Below are positions 26,553-41,450 of a DNA stretch of 64,000 nt, in pieces. The stretch comes from the human T2T-CHM13v2.0 reference genome, Homo sapiens. Numbering within the stretch: the first letter of the stretch is position 1; each line of letters starts with the position of its first letter. The notes beneath the pieces are model-generated. The model saw only the letters and a list, made by a program, of their open reading frames with translations. It did no database searches and was not told the DNA's origin. A program made the position numbers and the translations under genes. Location: NCBI RefSeq assembly GCF_009914755.1, contig NC_060927.1; one strand, written 5' to 3'.

Positions 26553-26672
26553 GCACAATTCCAAAGTAGTATAAGGAAGGAGAATGTCTCAGCTTTCTTA
26601 CCCCTCATCCCCAAAGCAGAACCTGATACTAAAGCTTTTATGAAAATGGATTATTCAGAAAAAGAACCCAAA
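26553..26672 (+). repeat. Dispersed direct repeat, copy of 32135-32254
   Basis: 120-nt ungapped match gcacaat...aagtagtataagg...ccccaaagcagaa...ggattattcagaaaaaga, with 12 mismatches counted by eye. Confidence 0.92.
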
Positions 26673-26885
26673 GATAACAATTATGTTTGTTTCTTCAATT
26701 GGAAGGTGTCATTTTCTTGCCAGCGGACTTAACCTGATACTTTCTCTCTTCCTTTAAAATCAGTTATGGGCTCTGCATTATATATGTAGTTCCATGTTAG
26801 CTCCCAATAACCAGATCCAACTAACCAACTCTTAACTATTTGCATAAAATGCTGTTTTCGGTAACAAATTTCATCAGTTCGATAA

Positions 26886-27252
<367 letters not shown>

Positions 27253-27999
27253 TGAATTGAGATTTACCTTGGTTTAGTAACAGGCTGTTATTGGAAAATC
27301 ATGACCGCAGTTGACTCTAGATGGAACTGTTAGCCAGGAAGTCACCAATATTCCATTTCTCATTCTCGGAATGCTTTGTTCATTCCCAGGGGGATGATTT
27401 TATGCAGTGGCAGAGTCGGTCTGATCTTCCTCTTGCTTCTCTTTCAAATTGCAGCATGAATAATATTATCTGATCTTTAGTGGTGGTGGTTCATGAAAAT
27501 CATACTTAGATTCTTAATCCAGGAAGACCTTTTATTGAAACGTTTTGCTTTTCAAACAAATCTTTGCATGACTTCACATTTTCAGCTTATTTACTAATTC
27601 CTGTGTATGGAAGAAAGAAGAGAAGAATTGAAGGGGAAGATAAAGGGTTAGATTCCTTTCTGTTCACTACTAAAAAATAAAAGTCTACCTTATAATTCCT
27701 TTGATACATATTTGACATAAATAAGTGCAGTGTGATAAAGAGTAATTGTGACAGACCAGTGAGAAATCTGGCTTCATTGCCTTTTGAAAACATTTAATGT
27801 CTCCTTGTTTTCTTTTTTCATAAATAAGGGTCAATAATTTTCATTAATTTATTCAATAAAATTTATTGAGCCCTTGACATGTGCCAAACATTATGTTTTG
27901 TGCTGAAAACACAAGGGTAAATGTGAAAGACTTTATTACTGTAATCAGAGAAGTTACGTTAATACTAATGTATTAATATTCAAAAAGAACTCATCTGAT

Positions 28000-29160
28000 A
28001 AGCAAAATATCATGTAAACAAGTTTAAAACTCAAAATATAAATCAAAACATGAGAATTTAGCGATTAAGAAAATATTCTAGGATTACAGATTGAATAATA
28101 TTATGTAAATTTATGTGCAATAAGACTTGTCAAAAACACATGAAAGACAGCCTGAATGAGTGGTCAGAGATATTATTTCCTTGAATGAGAAGGCTTAATA
28201 TTATATATACCCACATCAATTTATACAATTTAAACACATAAACTCAAATTTTCTAAAAAATAGGAAAAAAAATTTCTACTGATTTGGTTATATTCAATAC
28301 AATGTTATTTCAAGAATATTTTTGAAATATTCATTAAGTCTAAAATGATATACATCCTTTGATATGGCATCCTTCTAGATAATTGTCTTCAATAAATAAA
28401 TTTCAAAGTATAGCAACTGTATTAGTTTGTTCTCATGCTGCTGATAAAGACATACCTGAGACTGGGTAATTTATAAACGAAAGAGTTTTAATCGACCCAC
28501 AGTTCCACATGGCTGGGGAGACCTCACAATCACGGTGGAAGGTGAATGAGGAGCAAAGTCATGTCTTACATGGCAGCAGGCAAGAGAGAGTTTGTGCAGG
28601 GGAACTCTCATTTATAAAACCATCAGATCTCGTGAGACTTATTCACTACTGAGAGAACAGTATGGGGGAAACTGCCTCCATAAGTCAGTTATCTCCAGCT
28701 GGCCCCACCCCTGACATGTGAGGATTATTACAATTCAAGGTGAATTTGTGTGGGGATACAGCCAAACCATATCAGCAACATATATGTACAAGAATATTCC
28801 CTTTTGCTTTGTTTTGACAGATAAAAACTCAAAATTTCATCATTAAGGGAAAACAATTACAGACCCATTTAATGGAGTAGCATGCAGCCATTAAACATTA
28901 AAAGATAGAACTAAATGTAGCAGCATGAAAATATGTTAAGATACACTGTTAAATGTAAAAAATCAAATTTCAAACATTATGTTTTGCATGATACCTTTCT
29001 ATAAAAATAAGACAGTAACAATATAAGCATTGTGTATAGAAAAATAGCTGAAGGACTATATAGGCAGCAACAAAAGAGGTGGCATTATGAAGGATTTTTA
29101 CTTCCTAGATTACTTCTTTCCGTAATATCTTAATTTAACTTTTTCTAACTTTTATAATTA
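28000..29160 (+). mobile_element. Old L1M (L1ME-like) fragment interrupted by a THE1 LTR
   Basis: A-rich sense L1 3' motifs (aatggagtagcatgcagccattaaa, aagatacactgttaaatgtaaaaa). Confidence 0.5.
28418..28774 (-). mobile_element. THE1 solo LTR (THE1C/D-like)
   Basis: tgtattag...cagccaaaccatatca termini. Perfect 5-bp TSD gcaac (28413-28417 / 28775-28779). Confidence 0.95.
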
Positions 29161-30705
29161 GAAAAAATAATGGCAAGATGAAAATTCATGTCATTATTAA
29201 CATTGTCTTTATTGGGATTTGACACTAGAAAAATTATGGATCAATTTTGCTAATCCTGTTTTTTCATCAGTTAGAACTTCTAAGTTGAGCTGGACTAGTG
29301 CTGTTAAATACTGCTATCTCAAGTAGTTTCTTAAATCGTTTTTAATCCTCTTTCCTTAAGGAAAACATGAGCAGCTATAGATAGCGTGAATTTGTCTAAA
29401 CAAAAATGATTCAAGAACTCACACTATGAGACTTACACTCATGGAGTATTTGACATCTTTCTCAACAAATTTACCAAGAGTTTAACATTTTTCAGTTTCA
29501 CTTTTTAATGACAGTATTTGTGTATAATTGCATTGTAAAGGACTATGATGAATTACTAGAAATTTTTTCTTTGCTGCTTCTGTGAATTTTTCACATTGGA
29601 TTTTGACATTTTGTTAACTAATTATGTTGAAATAAGAAATGCAAGTTAGTAGCTCTGCTTAACCTATGAAATTCCATTCTAATTGGGTAGCTGTTACAAC
29701 AATTACAGGGTGAAAAATGTGATTATCACTTCACCTCAGATTCAACTGAAAATGTGAGAGCCATTAATTGGGCTATGACCCTTCATACAGGCTAAAACAA
29801 CTGATTTGGAGATCTCACTTTCTTTTCTATGTATTCAACTATATATTTTTTTTAAGTTGTGGTCAGAGTTTACTGTCATATCTACTATCATATATTGGGA
29901 AAATGCTTAAGTTATCTAAGTCTGTCATTTTATCTAAATAAGAAATCTGTTCAGTGTTGAACACCAATAATTCAAGAATATCTATATGGAAGAGACTTAT
30001 GAGTGCATTCCGGCTTGAATGGCGAATCTTGTTTAGACTGCATGACATGCACACTGCATGCTTTTTCCTTTAGAGTATATACTATATATCAATAAAATAG
30101 AAAATTTTAATGATTTTATTCATACTTTAATAATATTTAGAAACTTCCCATGAAGACATCAAGGCAGGCATAGGGAGAATGGAAGTAAATGGAGCTAACT
30201 ATACCTTAAGACACCACTTGATGCCTCCACTCACTATCATGTGCCAAGAAATAAGGCTAACACTTCAAAGAGCATACAGAACAGAATTGCAACCTGCTCT
30301 CCAGAGAAACTTAAGAAACAGTATTTGATATCGATGAATTATAAATAGTATGCTTTGACTTGATGGAAAAGAACATTAGCAAAATAATTGACTGAGGGAT
30401 AAACGTTTATGCAGTGCTAGATAATAATAATGAAACTGAATTTATATAAATTTATAATGTGTATCCTTTGAGCTCAAAACAAAAGACTATTTCTAATTTT
30501 GTTTTTATAAATCATTTACCAAAGGATCAAGCACCTGGGTTGCTAAATAGTGTGTCCACATTGCCACTTTCCAATAACTGAGAGCTATTTAAGAGGATAA
30601 ACAAATAAATGGAAAAAGCAAAAGGCAGGTCAAAAAAATCATAATGGTAAACTTTCCTAAATGGAGAAAACTAAAGAATTATTAAAATTACTCAGTTAGA
30701 AAATT

Positions 30706-31021
<316 letters not shown>

Positions 31022-32166
31022 TTACAAATAATCTTTCTGTAGTGGGTGATATAACTGAAATTTGAAATGGTGTTTGGAGATGTCAGGAAACAAAGCAAAC
31101 CTGCAGGCCCTTCTCCATGTCTGTTTCTATACCACAGGGGTTCTTGGACGCCCTTATTCTTTATTCTTGGATCCAGATTGCTCAAGGATAATGAAGGACT
31201 AAGTAGAACTACACAGTGGACAGTGACTAACATTTCAGTGCACCTCAAAGCACTATACGACTTTCTTTCAATATACCTAGAATAAGCTGTGTCCTCTCTT
31301 TCCAAAGATTGTTTTATGCTAAACAGGGTGATTTTTTTTTCTCTAGTTTTTGTTAATATGTACTAAGATTTCATGGTTTTTCTTACAGCCCTTTTTAGCT
31401 TGGCAGTGAATTCTTTGTGGAACAAACCTTCCCCTTTGTGCAACTTCTTGATTATTCACTGTGACATGCCCACCTAGAGATCACACACCCACTTCTAGAT
31501 CATGATGCAGATCCCAGGACCTAAGAATTCCATGTTTATGTGCTCCTGAGTTTTCTTTCATGCTCCATTCTCCCTAAGGCAGACTGAATCATTATGTGTG
31601 TATCCCTAGATCCAAGGAGACAGAACTTGGATGGAGATTACACAGGCATTCACAGTACAAGACAAAGTAAGGTAGCATTCTGGTATAATACAAATAAAAG
31701 GGAGGTAGATGGCATGCCAAGTTCTGGCTCTCTCCATGCCACCATGTTCTGGTGTGGAACTCCAACCAGAGAATTCTAAGTTCAACCTGGCCTTCCAGGT
31801 CATTATGAAGATATGTTCATCCAGGAAGAAAGAAAATACATATTTTATTTAGCATTTTATTAGGATGAATTATTACTTTAAATATTTAGACACATAGTAT
31901 AAGGACATGCTAATAGTGGGTTATTTTTTGTTTTTTGTTTTTTGGGTATTTTTGCTCTGGGCCCTATGAATATATGAGGCCAAGCCACTAAACACCCCCC
32001 ATAGCTAAGATGGCCACAACACCAATATCACCAGGGATCTTGAATGTCACCACAAGATCTTGAGCTTTCAGAAGATTCAAATACATACCCTAATAACTGA
32101 AGTGCAAAGCAGAGTTGGCGAGGTGGAGATTTAAGCACAATGCCAAAGTAGTATAAGGTAGGAAAA

Positions 32167-32710
32167 TGTCTCAGCTTGCTTATGCCTCACCCCCAAAGCA
32201 GAATCTGAGACTAAAGCTTTTATGAAACTGGATTATTCAGAAAAAGATCTCAAAAAGTAGAGAAGTTAAAAAAAGAAAAAAAAAACGGAAAGAAAGAAAA
32301 GTCAAGCTAAAGCTGTCTTGGTGAGCTGGTTCCCTGTGGGTCATTCAGGCTCAATCCTACTGGGGACTTGCTGGCTACTGTGTAAAATGCGCCTCAGATT
32401 TGTCCATCTAAGGAACATTTCAGAGGAGTATTTATCCACTAGCTCCCATCCTACCAGTATTCCCCTGGGTGTTAACTCTTCTGCTCTTTCGGATTTGTGT
32501 ATGTGTCAGTATGACTGAGTAGTCTCAATAGTCTGCAGAAGTCCTATTTGGTAGAGGCAGAGAAGGCTAGAGTAAAAAGCAACAGGTATGTACTGCATTT
32601 GATGTGAAGTGCTGTCAAGTTGCATCTGTGAACAGCTGGTGGCCATGGCAATATCCAGAGTGAAAAGATAGGCTGAGAGAATGTGAGGTAAGCACAACAG
32701 TACCTGATAT
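32167..32710 (-). mobile_element. ERVL LTR (LTR33/LTR16-like)
   Basis: tgtctcag...ccccaaagcagaatctgagac...ggctcaatcctactggggac...aaatgcgcctcagatttgtcc motifs resemble the LTR16/LTR33 family. Confidence 0.6.
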
Positions 32711-32832
32711 AAGAGGCAACAATTTCTTCAGGGAGGGATCAGCAAAAATTGTGAATATGTTTAAATCTGACTCCAGAGAATGACTAGATGCCAACTGTTG
32801 GAGATGGAGGCTATGTCAATTTAGTATGGCTG

Positions 32833-35135
32833 TGTATTAGTGTGTTTTCACACTGCTATAAATAACCACTGGAGACTGGGTAATTTATAAAGAAAAGAGG
32901 TTTAATTGACTCACAATTCTACATGGCTGGGAAGGCCTCAGGAAATTTACAATCATGGCAGAAGGCAAAGGGAAAGCAAGGCATGTCTTACATAGTGGCA
33001 GGAGAGAGAGAGTGAGGGGCAAGTGCCAAACACTTTTAAACCATCAGATATTGTGAGAACTCACTCAGTATCATGAGAACAGCATGGAGGAAACTGCCCC
33101 TATGATCCAATCACCTCCCACCAGGTCCTTCCCTTGACACATGGGGATTATAATTCAAGATGAGATTTGGGTCAGGATACAACCAAACCATATTATTCCA
33201 CCATTGGCCCTTCCCAAATCTCATGTCCTTCTCACATTTCAAAATGCAATGATACCTTCCCAATAGTCCCTCAAAGTCTTCACTCCATTCTAGCATTAAC
33301 TCAAAAATCTGAGTTCAAAGTCTCATCTGAGACAAGGCCAGCCCCTTCCACCTATGAGCCTGTAAAACCAAAAACAAGATTAGTTGCTTCCAAGACACAA
33401 TGAGGATACAGGCATTGGGTAAATGCTCCTGTTCCAAATGGGAGAATTTGGCCAAAACAAATGGGCTATTGGCCCCATGTAAGTCTGAAACCCAACAGGG
33501 CAGTCATTAAATCTTAAAGCTCCAAAATGATCTCCTTTGACTTCATGTCTCATATCCAAGGCATGCTGATGCAAGGGGTGGGCTCCCACAGCACCGGACA
33601 GCTTTGACCCTGTAGCTCTTCAGGGTACAGCCATGCTTTTGTGGGCTGGCATTGAGTGCCTATGGCTTTTCCAGGCACATGGTACAAGCTGTCAGTGGAC
33701 CTACTATTCTGGGGCCTGGAGGACAGTGGCGCTCTTCTCACAGCTCCATTAGGCAGTGCCCCAGTGGGAACTCTGTGTGTGGATTCCAACCCCACATTTC
33801 CCCTTTGCACTGCCCAAGTAGAGGTTCTCCAGGAGGACTCTGACCTTGCAGCAGACTTCTGCCTGGACATCTAAGCATTTCCATACATCATCTGAAATCT
33901 AGATGGAGATTCCCAGAGCTCAACTCTTGGCTTCTGCACACCCTCAGGCCCAAAACCGTGTGGACGCCACTAAGGCTTGGAGCTTGCACACTCTTAAGCC
34001 ACAGCCCAAGCTGTACCTTGGCCTCTTTAAGCCATGGCTGGAGCTGGAGCTGCTGGGACACAAGATATCATGTCCTGAAGCTGAACAGAGCAGTGGGCCC
34101 TGCCCAAAAAAACATTTTTCCCTCCTAGGCTTCTAGGCCTGTGATAAGAGGAGCTGCTGTGAAGATCTCTAAAATGCCCTGGAAACATTTTCCCCATTGT
34201 CTTGGCTATTAACATTTGGCTCCTCATTACTTATGCAAATTTATGCAGCCCTCCTTAGAAAATGGGTTTTTCTTTTCTACCACAAAGTCAGGTTGCAAAT
34301 TTTCCACAATTTTATGCTCTGTTTTCCTTTTAAACATAAGTTCCAATTTCATATCTTACTTTCAGAAAAAGCCACGTCATATCTGGAATGCTTTGCTCCT
34401 TAGAAATTTCTTCTGTCAGATACCCTAAATCATCTTTCTCAAGTTCAAAGTTCCACAGATCTCTAGGGCAGGGGCAAATGCTCTCAGTCTCGTTACTAAA
34501 GTATAGCAAGAGTAACCTTTGCTACAGTTCCCAATAAGTTCTTCATCTCCATCTGAGACCACCTCAGCCTAGACTTTATTGTCCATATCACTATCAGCAT
34601 TTTGGTCAAAACCATTTAACGAGTCTCTCGGAACTTTCTCACATCTTCCTATATTCTTCTGAGCCCTCCAATCTGTTCCACACTCTGCCTGTTACCCAGT
34701 TCCAAAGTCACTTCCACATTTTCAGGTTATCTTTAGAGCAGTACCCCATTCTCCCAGTACCAATTTTCTGTATTAGTCTGTTCTCACACTGCTATAAAGA
34801 ACTACCTGAAACTGAGTAATTTATAAAGAAAAGAGATTTAATTGATTCACAGTTCCATATGGCTGGGGAGGCCTCAGGAAACTTACAATCATGGTCGAAG
34901 GCAAAGGGAAAGCAAGGCATGTCTTACATGCTGGCAGGGGAGACAGAGAATGAGGAGTGAACTGCCAAACACTTTTAAACCATCAGATCTTGTGAGAACT
35001 CACTCACTATCATGAAAACAGCATGGGGGAAATCATGCCCATGATCCAATCACCCCCCACTAGGACCCTCCCTTAACACATAGGGATTACAATTCAAGAT
35101 GATATTTGGGTGGGGACACAGCCAAACCGTTATCA
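32833..35135 (-). mobile_element. Full-length THE1D-like MaLR element (LTR 32833-33195, internal 33196-34768, LTR 34769-35135)
   Basis: Two ~365-bp direct LTRs and a ~1.6 kb internal region with the typical MaLR ORF remnant (SWRTSTWAVQRGNVGLESTHRVPTGALP). Perfect TSD ggctg (32828-32832 / 35136-35140). Confidence 0.95.
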
Positions 35136-35140
35136 GGCTG

Positions 35141-35561
35141 CCATAACACAGTGCTACAAAATGGGTGGTTTAAAACAACAGAAACTTATTCCCTCACATT
35201 ATTGTAGGCTAGAAGTCCAAAATCAACCTGTGAGCAACATTAGTGTCTTCAGATACTAACTATGAGGGACAATCTGTTTCATGCCTCTCTCCTAGCTTTT
35301 GATGATGGTTGACAATTCTTGTAGGTGCATCACTTCAACCTCTGTCTCGATCTTCATATTGTGTTCTCCACCTATGTTTGTGCCTTTATATGGCTCTGTT
35401 CTTGTAAACATACTGATCAAATTAGATTAAGGGCCCACTCTATGCTACTATGATCTCATCTTAACCAATCATATCTGCAACTACCCTATTTTCAAACAAG
35501 GGGTCCTGGGGCTTGTGACTTCAACATAACTGTGTTGGGGCACACAATTCAACCCGTAACA
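35141..35561 (-). mobile_element. MLT1 LTR (MLT1C-like) split by the THE1D insertion; remainder at about 32814-32832
   Basis: ggctg|ccataacacagtgctacaaaatgggtggtttaaaacaacagaaacttatt...cacacaattcaacccgtaaca. Confidence 0.85.
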
Positions 35562-36022
35562 GAGGATGATCACTATACACTGAGAGATTTCAGAAAACAG
35601 TCGTGCAGATTTTGAAACTATTCAGGAAATTGCAGTAAAATGCTGTAACCGAAACTTAGGGTAGTAAAGTGGGAATGGAAAGGTTAATAAGGCCTGGATC
35701 AAACCATCAGGGTTTAGAATGCAACAGTGAGAAGTGTGAGCTTGGTCCCACAGGAGCCATCAAAATTTCCTGTCTGCAAAAGGAAATGTGGTCTATGTTT
35801 ACTTCAGCAGCCTTAAACTTTGGGGATAGGGATTGTAGAAGATTCAATTAATATTTTTTAAAATGTTTCATGTCTTTTTAAAATTAAGGACTTTCTACAA
35901 TCCTCTATAACTTTTTTAAGTTCTGCAATTTATTTCCAATGGTATCAATGTTTAAAAATAAACTCCTCCTGAGTACTCCTGTTGCAGAATACTAGATACC
36001 CTTTTATAAAAGAATAACACAA

Positions 36023-36318
36023 GGTCAGGTGCAGTGACTAATGCTTGTAATCCCAGCACTTTGGGAGGCAGAGGCAGGAGGATCATTTGACCTAAGGAGT
36101 TTAAGATGAGCTTCGGCAACATAGGGAGACCTCATTTGTACAAAAAAATTTCAAAATTAGCTGGGTGTGGTGGCATATGCCTGTAGTCCCAGCTAATTGG
36201 GAGGCTGAGGTGGGACGATCATTTGAGCCTGGGAGATCATGGCTGCAGTGAGCCATGATTGCCATTGCTCTCCAGCCTGGGTAACAGGGTGTGACCCCGT
36301 CTCAAAAAAAAAAAAAAA
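36023..36318 (+). mobile_element. Alu SINE (AluJ-like)
   Basis: ggtcaggtgcagtgactaatgcttgtaatcccagcac...ggctgcagtgagccatgattgcc...A tail. Confidence 0.93.
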
Positions 36319-38574
36319 TCATAAAGCAATAATACAGAAGAGCAGTGTTGTTTCCACATCTTTCTGTTTCTTAAACATCAAGGTCATTAACAGAGAAAAA
36401 AATAAAAGTATTAAAGCTTTTTGATAAAACTCAGTATCTTTTCTCAAATATCATTGGTCAGATAGAAAATCTGCACTTAAAGTCTTAAAATTATAATTAT
36501 AATATGTCAACAAATTAAAATTACACAGCAAAGGTAATATGTAATTAGTATTATATTAAATTAGTATTATAGCATTATATTCATGTTTAAAACTATTAGA
36601 GTTTTAATATGTACACTTCATGATTTATGGGAAAACTGACTTTAAAAAAACAAGAAATATCCATAGAACATATTGTTAATCTAAATTAATTCCAGTGGAT
36701 AGACATATGGTGATTGACTCTAGGTGCTTTGAGTGTCCATATAGTAATAATTTGGGCTCAGCAACTTGCTGGAAACTGAAGTCTGTTAGTTAAAAGGCAG
36801 GAAAACACAATCAAGCTTGACCTAATTGGCATCTTCAAGGGGACCTGACTCTCATGAGCTTTAATGTCGCCCCTTTTAGGGTCTTCTAAGTCTGTCTTCT
36901 TGGTTGGAAACAAGAGTGTCTATGCTCTACCCAGGGTCTGGTTTACAACTATCTACAATAAAAGCAAAGAAATGGGCTTGATGTCAAAGGACTAATCCAC
37001 ATGTGAGCTTGGCCTGCACAGTAAAAAGGGGGCCATTTCCATATTATCACAGGCAGGAACAGCCAGACTTTGACGAGGCATTGAAAATTTGAGGCCTCTT
37101 GCTGCTCGCTATTCTACTCTTGTCACAGACATTGAAGCAAGTGAGGTTGGATAAATGCAAAGCCAGGCCTCATGTGGTGCTCTTCCATTGCACACATGTC
37201 AATATGTGAAGATTTCTGCTTGAGAGAAAACCATGAAAAATGGAAATTCAACATATGGCCAATGAGGGCTACAAAAATCATGGAGAGGAATAGTTGCACT
37301 CAAGGCTTTCAGTGGCACTCTTAGGTAATTGCTTAATTGAAATTTTATTCCTGTCATTGAACCTCACAGCAGGAGTGAATCTACAATTACAATGCAAGTT
37401 TTGATATTTCATTCCTGCTCTTTATACCAATGGGGGAAGAAAGGGCATTAATTAAGGGATAGCTACAAAACAAATTGCCCTTGAGAGGAAAAAAAGGGAG
37501 GGCTGTGAGAGTGGGTATGAATGTAAATAAAAAGGAGAGGAGAAGCAATATAGAAGGATTTTCTTTGTCCTTTATATTGCCAACAGCAAGATTAAAAAAC
37601 AATTTTAACTGAAAGAGTTTATCCTTTATGGGTAGTTATGAGGAGCAATGACTAGAGTAAAATTTTTAAAAATCGGTTATAATCCAAATTTTCTTATTGG
37701 CAAAACAAGTGCTTTGAGAAATTCACTCCACTACTCAAAGCCTCAGTTGTCTATAACACAGATATAATTGCAAATTGTCTACTTTGTAGGATGGTTGTGA
37801 TAATAAAAGTGAGATACTACATGGTAAGGCACGTTGCAAACTGTAAAGCTTCTGTACCAGAAAATTGATAGTATAAAGAATTAACTATTAATTTATTTTC
37901 AAATAGTGTGGGGGAGGGAAGAGGAGCTGAGAAGCAATCAATGCACTCTTTATTAGCATTCTAACAGAACTTTACAAAACGAGTATGTAAAAGAGAAACT
38001 CAGTCTTTCTGTTACCAATAATAAACCACAAGAAAAAATAATAATGGTGTTTAACTTTAAGACGCTTTTGGAGCGTAGATAGGTCTCTAATGTAAATAAC
38101 TAGAAATAGAGTTGGGTTAACAGTGTCTCATCCTAACTCTCTGAATCTGATACTATTAAAAATATAGATTTATTGTTTTTATTTGGGTATAACGTCATAT
38201 TGTTGTGCAGCTCTTATTAGTCTTAAATTGCTAAAGTCAACATCTTCAAAGAAGGTCTGCAAATAAGTCAAATTTAGGGTTTAAATAATTTTCCCAGTCC
38301 ATTTAAAAAGTAATCTCTTAGGGAATGGACAAGAAAAAAAGTAGATTTAGATGAATAATTACATATAGTCAAGCCAACTAGGAAAAAACAGATCTCAGCC
38401 AACCTAAGTGTCTTTATTTTTTCTTATTATAATAAATATATCCATGGCCTGAAGAACATAAGAAGCAAATAATTATAAAATGAAAAACACAGTTCATACT
38501 GAGCTCATTATAATTCCACTGGCATATGATATTGAGTAATACCTTATTTAAATAACCATGTTCATATGTTTCTA

Positions 38575-39070
38575 CCCATGACAGAATCAACTGGATCCCT
38601 ACATAATATCCATTCTCCCCTTCCTGCTTTAGGAAAAACTCAATATTGTTTGGAGCAGTAAGATACCTGACAAAAATATTTTATTTCCCAACCTTTCTTC
38701 TGGTTACTAGTTTACATATGACTACGTTCTGGCCAATGAGTTATAAGTGGAAGTTTTACGGAGGCACTACTAGAAAGGTTCCTTGGGGGATAATAGTTTC
38801 CTTCTGTTGTTTTCTTCTCCTTCTAACTGTCTGGTAATGGATGTGAAGGTTGTTGCCCCAGCAGCTGTTTCAAGCAATAAATTACCTTGAGGAAGGAAAC
38901 CATTTAGAATTTGATGGTAGAGAAAAAAAATGTAGGTTAAGAATGAATGTGGTGATTTATAGGATCACCATACCAGCACTGGGATATTCAGTTTGATGTT
39001 GGAGAAAAATTATGTTTTTCTTTTTTTAAAAAAATCTTTAACATTTTTAAATGCAACCAACTTAATCTTA
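38575..39070 (+). mobile_element. Old MLT1 LTR (MLT1I/J-like)
   Basis: ccattctccccttcc...catatgactacgttctggccaatgagttataagtggaag...accttgagga. Confidence 0.6.
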
Positions 39071-40099
39071 ACTAATATTCCACAACTAGAGTAGATGTTC
39101 CCTGAAGTCAGAGGCCTTTGCCATTTTATGCAGAGCCCAGTACACAGGAAGGCCCATAGCAGAGGCTCAAAAATATTTGCTGAATCTGAATGCATAAATC
39201 TGGTCCTTTCCCTCTGACCTACAATGCTTTCTTCTTCTTGTTCTCTACCTCTTCTTCTCTTTTCCACTTTTCTTATCATAATGTTCCAAATTACTTCCTC
39301 TATTGCCTTTTTATCTTCTACTAATTCTTGTTCTTCAAATAGGCCATTCTAGTAACCTTGACCATTCTGGTGTCCCTTCTTATATAATGGATGTCTACCC
39401 CAATGAAAAATGAGCAAAATATAAATCCAAAGAAAATGAACATTATTTGTTATTCTCTTTTAAATTGGGCTTTAAAAAATACACCAAGATGATGGGCCTG
39501 TATCATTGTTTAAGGATGTTATTCCTTTTAAAAACTACAGTTCTGTCTTCCCAACTGTAAAATAATTATTTACTGCATCATTATAAATATTTTCTAATGG
39601 AACTATAATCTAAAAACAAAGATCTAAATTTTATAAGATTCCAATTCATGTAGATTTGAAATTGTCAAGCTTTGTATTTTGGTTGGGTCTGGAGGATCGA
39701 TTTGCAAGAGGGTGTGAAATGCTTATGAGAGCATTACAAATCCAGTTGGAGTACAGAGGTGATGCAAAATATTAAAATTCTCAATCAATTAAGATACAGA
39801 AGTCATCCCCTAATTTCTAAAGTAAAATTACAAATGGGAAAAGATTTCATCCTCGAAAAGGGGAAACAAATTAGGTGTGTTCAAGCTATTTTTTAAAGAA
39901 AGATGATTCTTTGTCATTCAAATTGTCTAAACCCAGGCACTTTTTGTTGTTGGAATTTTTTTACAAGTTCCTAGGATGAGGCATGATAGAATAAGCTGAA
40001 TAACTGAGTTAAATTAGAGCATATGTCACTATAAGGATGTAAAAAAAAATGAAAGAATGAGAATCTTTTACTGCTAGTCTGAAAAGCCAAAGAATGTCT

Positions 40100-41450
40100 T
40101 TTTTATTTTTTTTAACTCTCACTGCTTTTAAAAAATTTCCCTCATTTTTACTTTTTAACAGTTTTCATGCAATATGCCTACGTGTGCTATTTCAGTATTT
40201 ATAATTATGGATAGTAGTTCTTTGAAAATCTGTATCTTGATGTCTTTCTTCAGCTTTGGAAAATGTTTGCCAGTGTCTCTTCAACTACTACTTCAGCCCC
40301 ATTCTCCTCCTCTCCTTCTCTTCTAAACATATGTACACCATTTTCAATAATTTTATGTCTCTAGTCCCTTTTCTATATTTTCCTTCTTTTTTGATCTTTC
40401 TATTTCAGTCTAGTTATTTTCTACAGATCTATTTTCCAGGTCTACAAACTTCTGATTTTTTGTATCTAATTTGCTGTTAGCAGTGCCCATTGAGTACTAA
40501 ATTTCAGTTATTCTGTCCCTCAATTCTAGAACTTCCATTCAATTATTTTATATATGTTCTAATACTTTTCTAAAACTCTTTTTGTTATCTATTTTGTTCA
40601 ATGTATTAAATACAGTTACTTTAAAGTCTATTTTATAATTCCAATATCTTGATTATCTTTGGGTCAGTTTCTAGCACCTATTTCTTCTCTAGATTTTTGA
40701 TCATTTGCTACTGTCCTCTTGTAGACTTAAAAAGATTTTTACTGAATGCCAAATATTAAGAACTCACAAGGTAAGAGTCCTGGATGTCATTATCTTCCTC
40801 AAAGAAGATTTAATTATTTGGGCCAGTAGTTAGAGTACAGACAGATTCCCTTGGTCTAACTGGGGATGGATATGGTACGAGAATAGGATCCAGACATTTT
40901 AAGGGCTGTAATATTTTTACCTTGCCCTTATTCCTGTAACTGTGGAATGTCACCATAACCTCTCTTCCTTGGCAGGCTCTGATTTCCAACTTGTGTTTCT
41001 CCAGCCTTTTTAACCTGCTTTCTTCTTAGTTTCTCAGCATCTTATGCCCTGGCAGTTTAATGTTTGTCAAATGCCTTAAGACAAGAACTTTGGCCTCATT
41101 TCTCTACAAGTCTATTTTCTCTAGAATCTTTGTCCTTTAAGTCTAGCCTGCCTTGGTGGTTATTACATTTTTATCTCTTAATCCCAAGGGTGAGACAAAA
41201 GTTCTGGCAAGCCACTTTCTGGTTGGACTGTGCCCCACAGCATGACATGGCAAATAATGGCCAATGCTTCAATGGGAAAAGGCTGCTAAGAAACTACAGC
41301 TCCCTTTGACATATTTTCCTTCTTTTGGGGATCTGTATCTCCAATCCTGTCTGTCTTTGTTGGTCTCTATGCCTAAATCAGCTAAAATTTTTAAATGGAG
41401 ATTTGTAGTAGGTTTTTACTGAAGGTTTTGTGTGATACAAGCTATTCTAT
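40100..41450 (-). mobile_element. Old L1M fragment (ORF1/5' region)
   Basis: ttcttcagctttggaaaatgtttgccagtgtctcttcaa...aatttcagttattctgtccctcaattctagaacttccatt are antisense L1M motifs. Confidence 0.6.

Noticed and set aside
33111-34428. Cluster of overlapping 60-106 aa ORFs
   Set aside because: They lie inside the THE1D internal region and are a fragmented MaLR ORF with stops and frameshifts.
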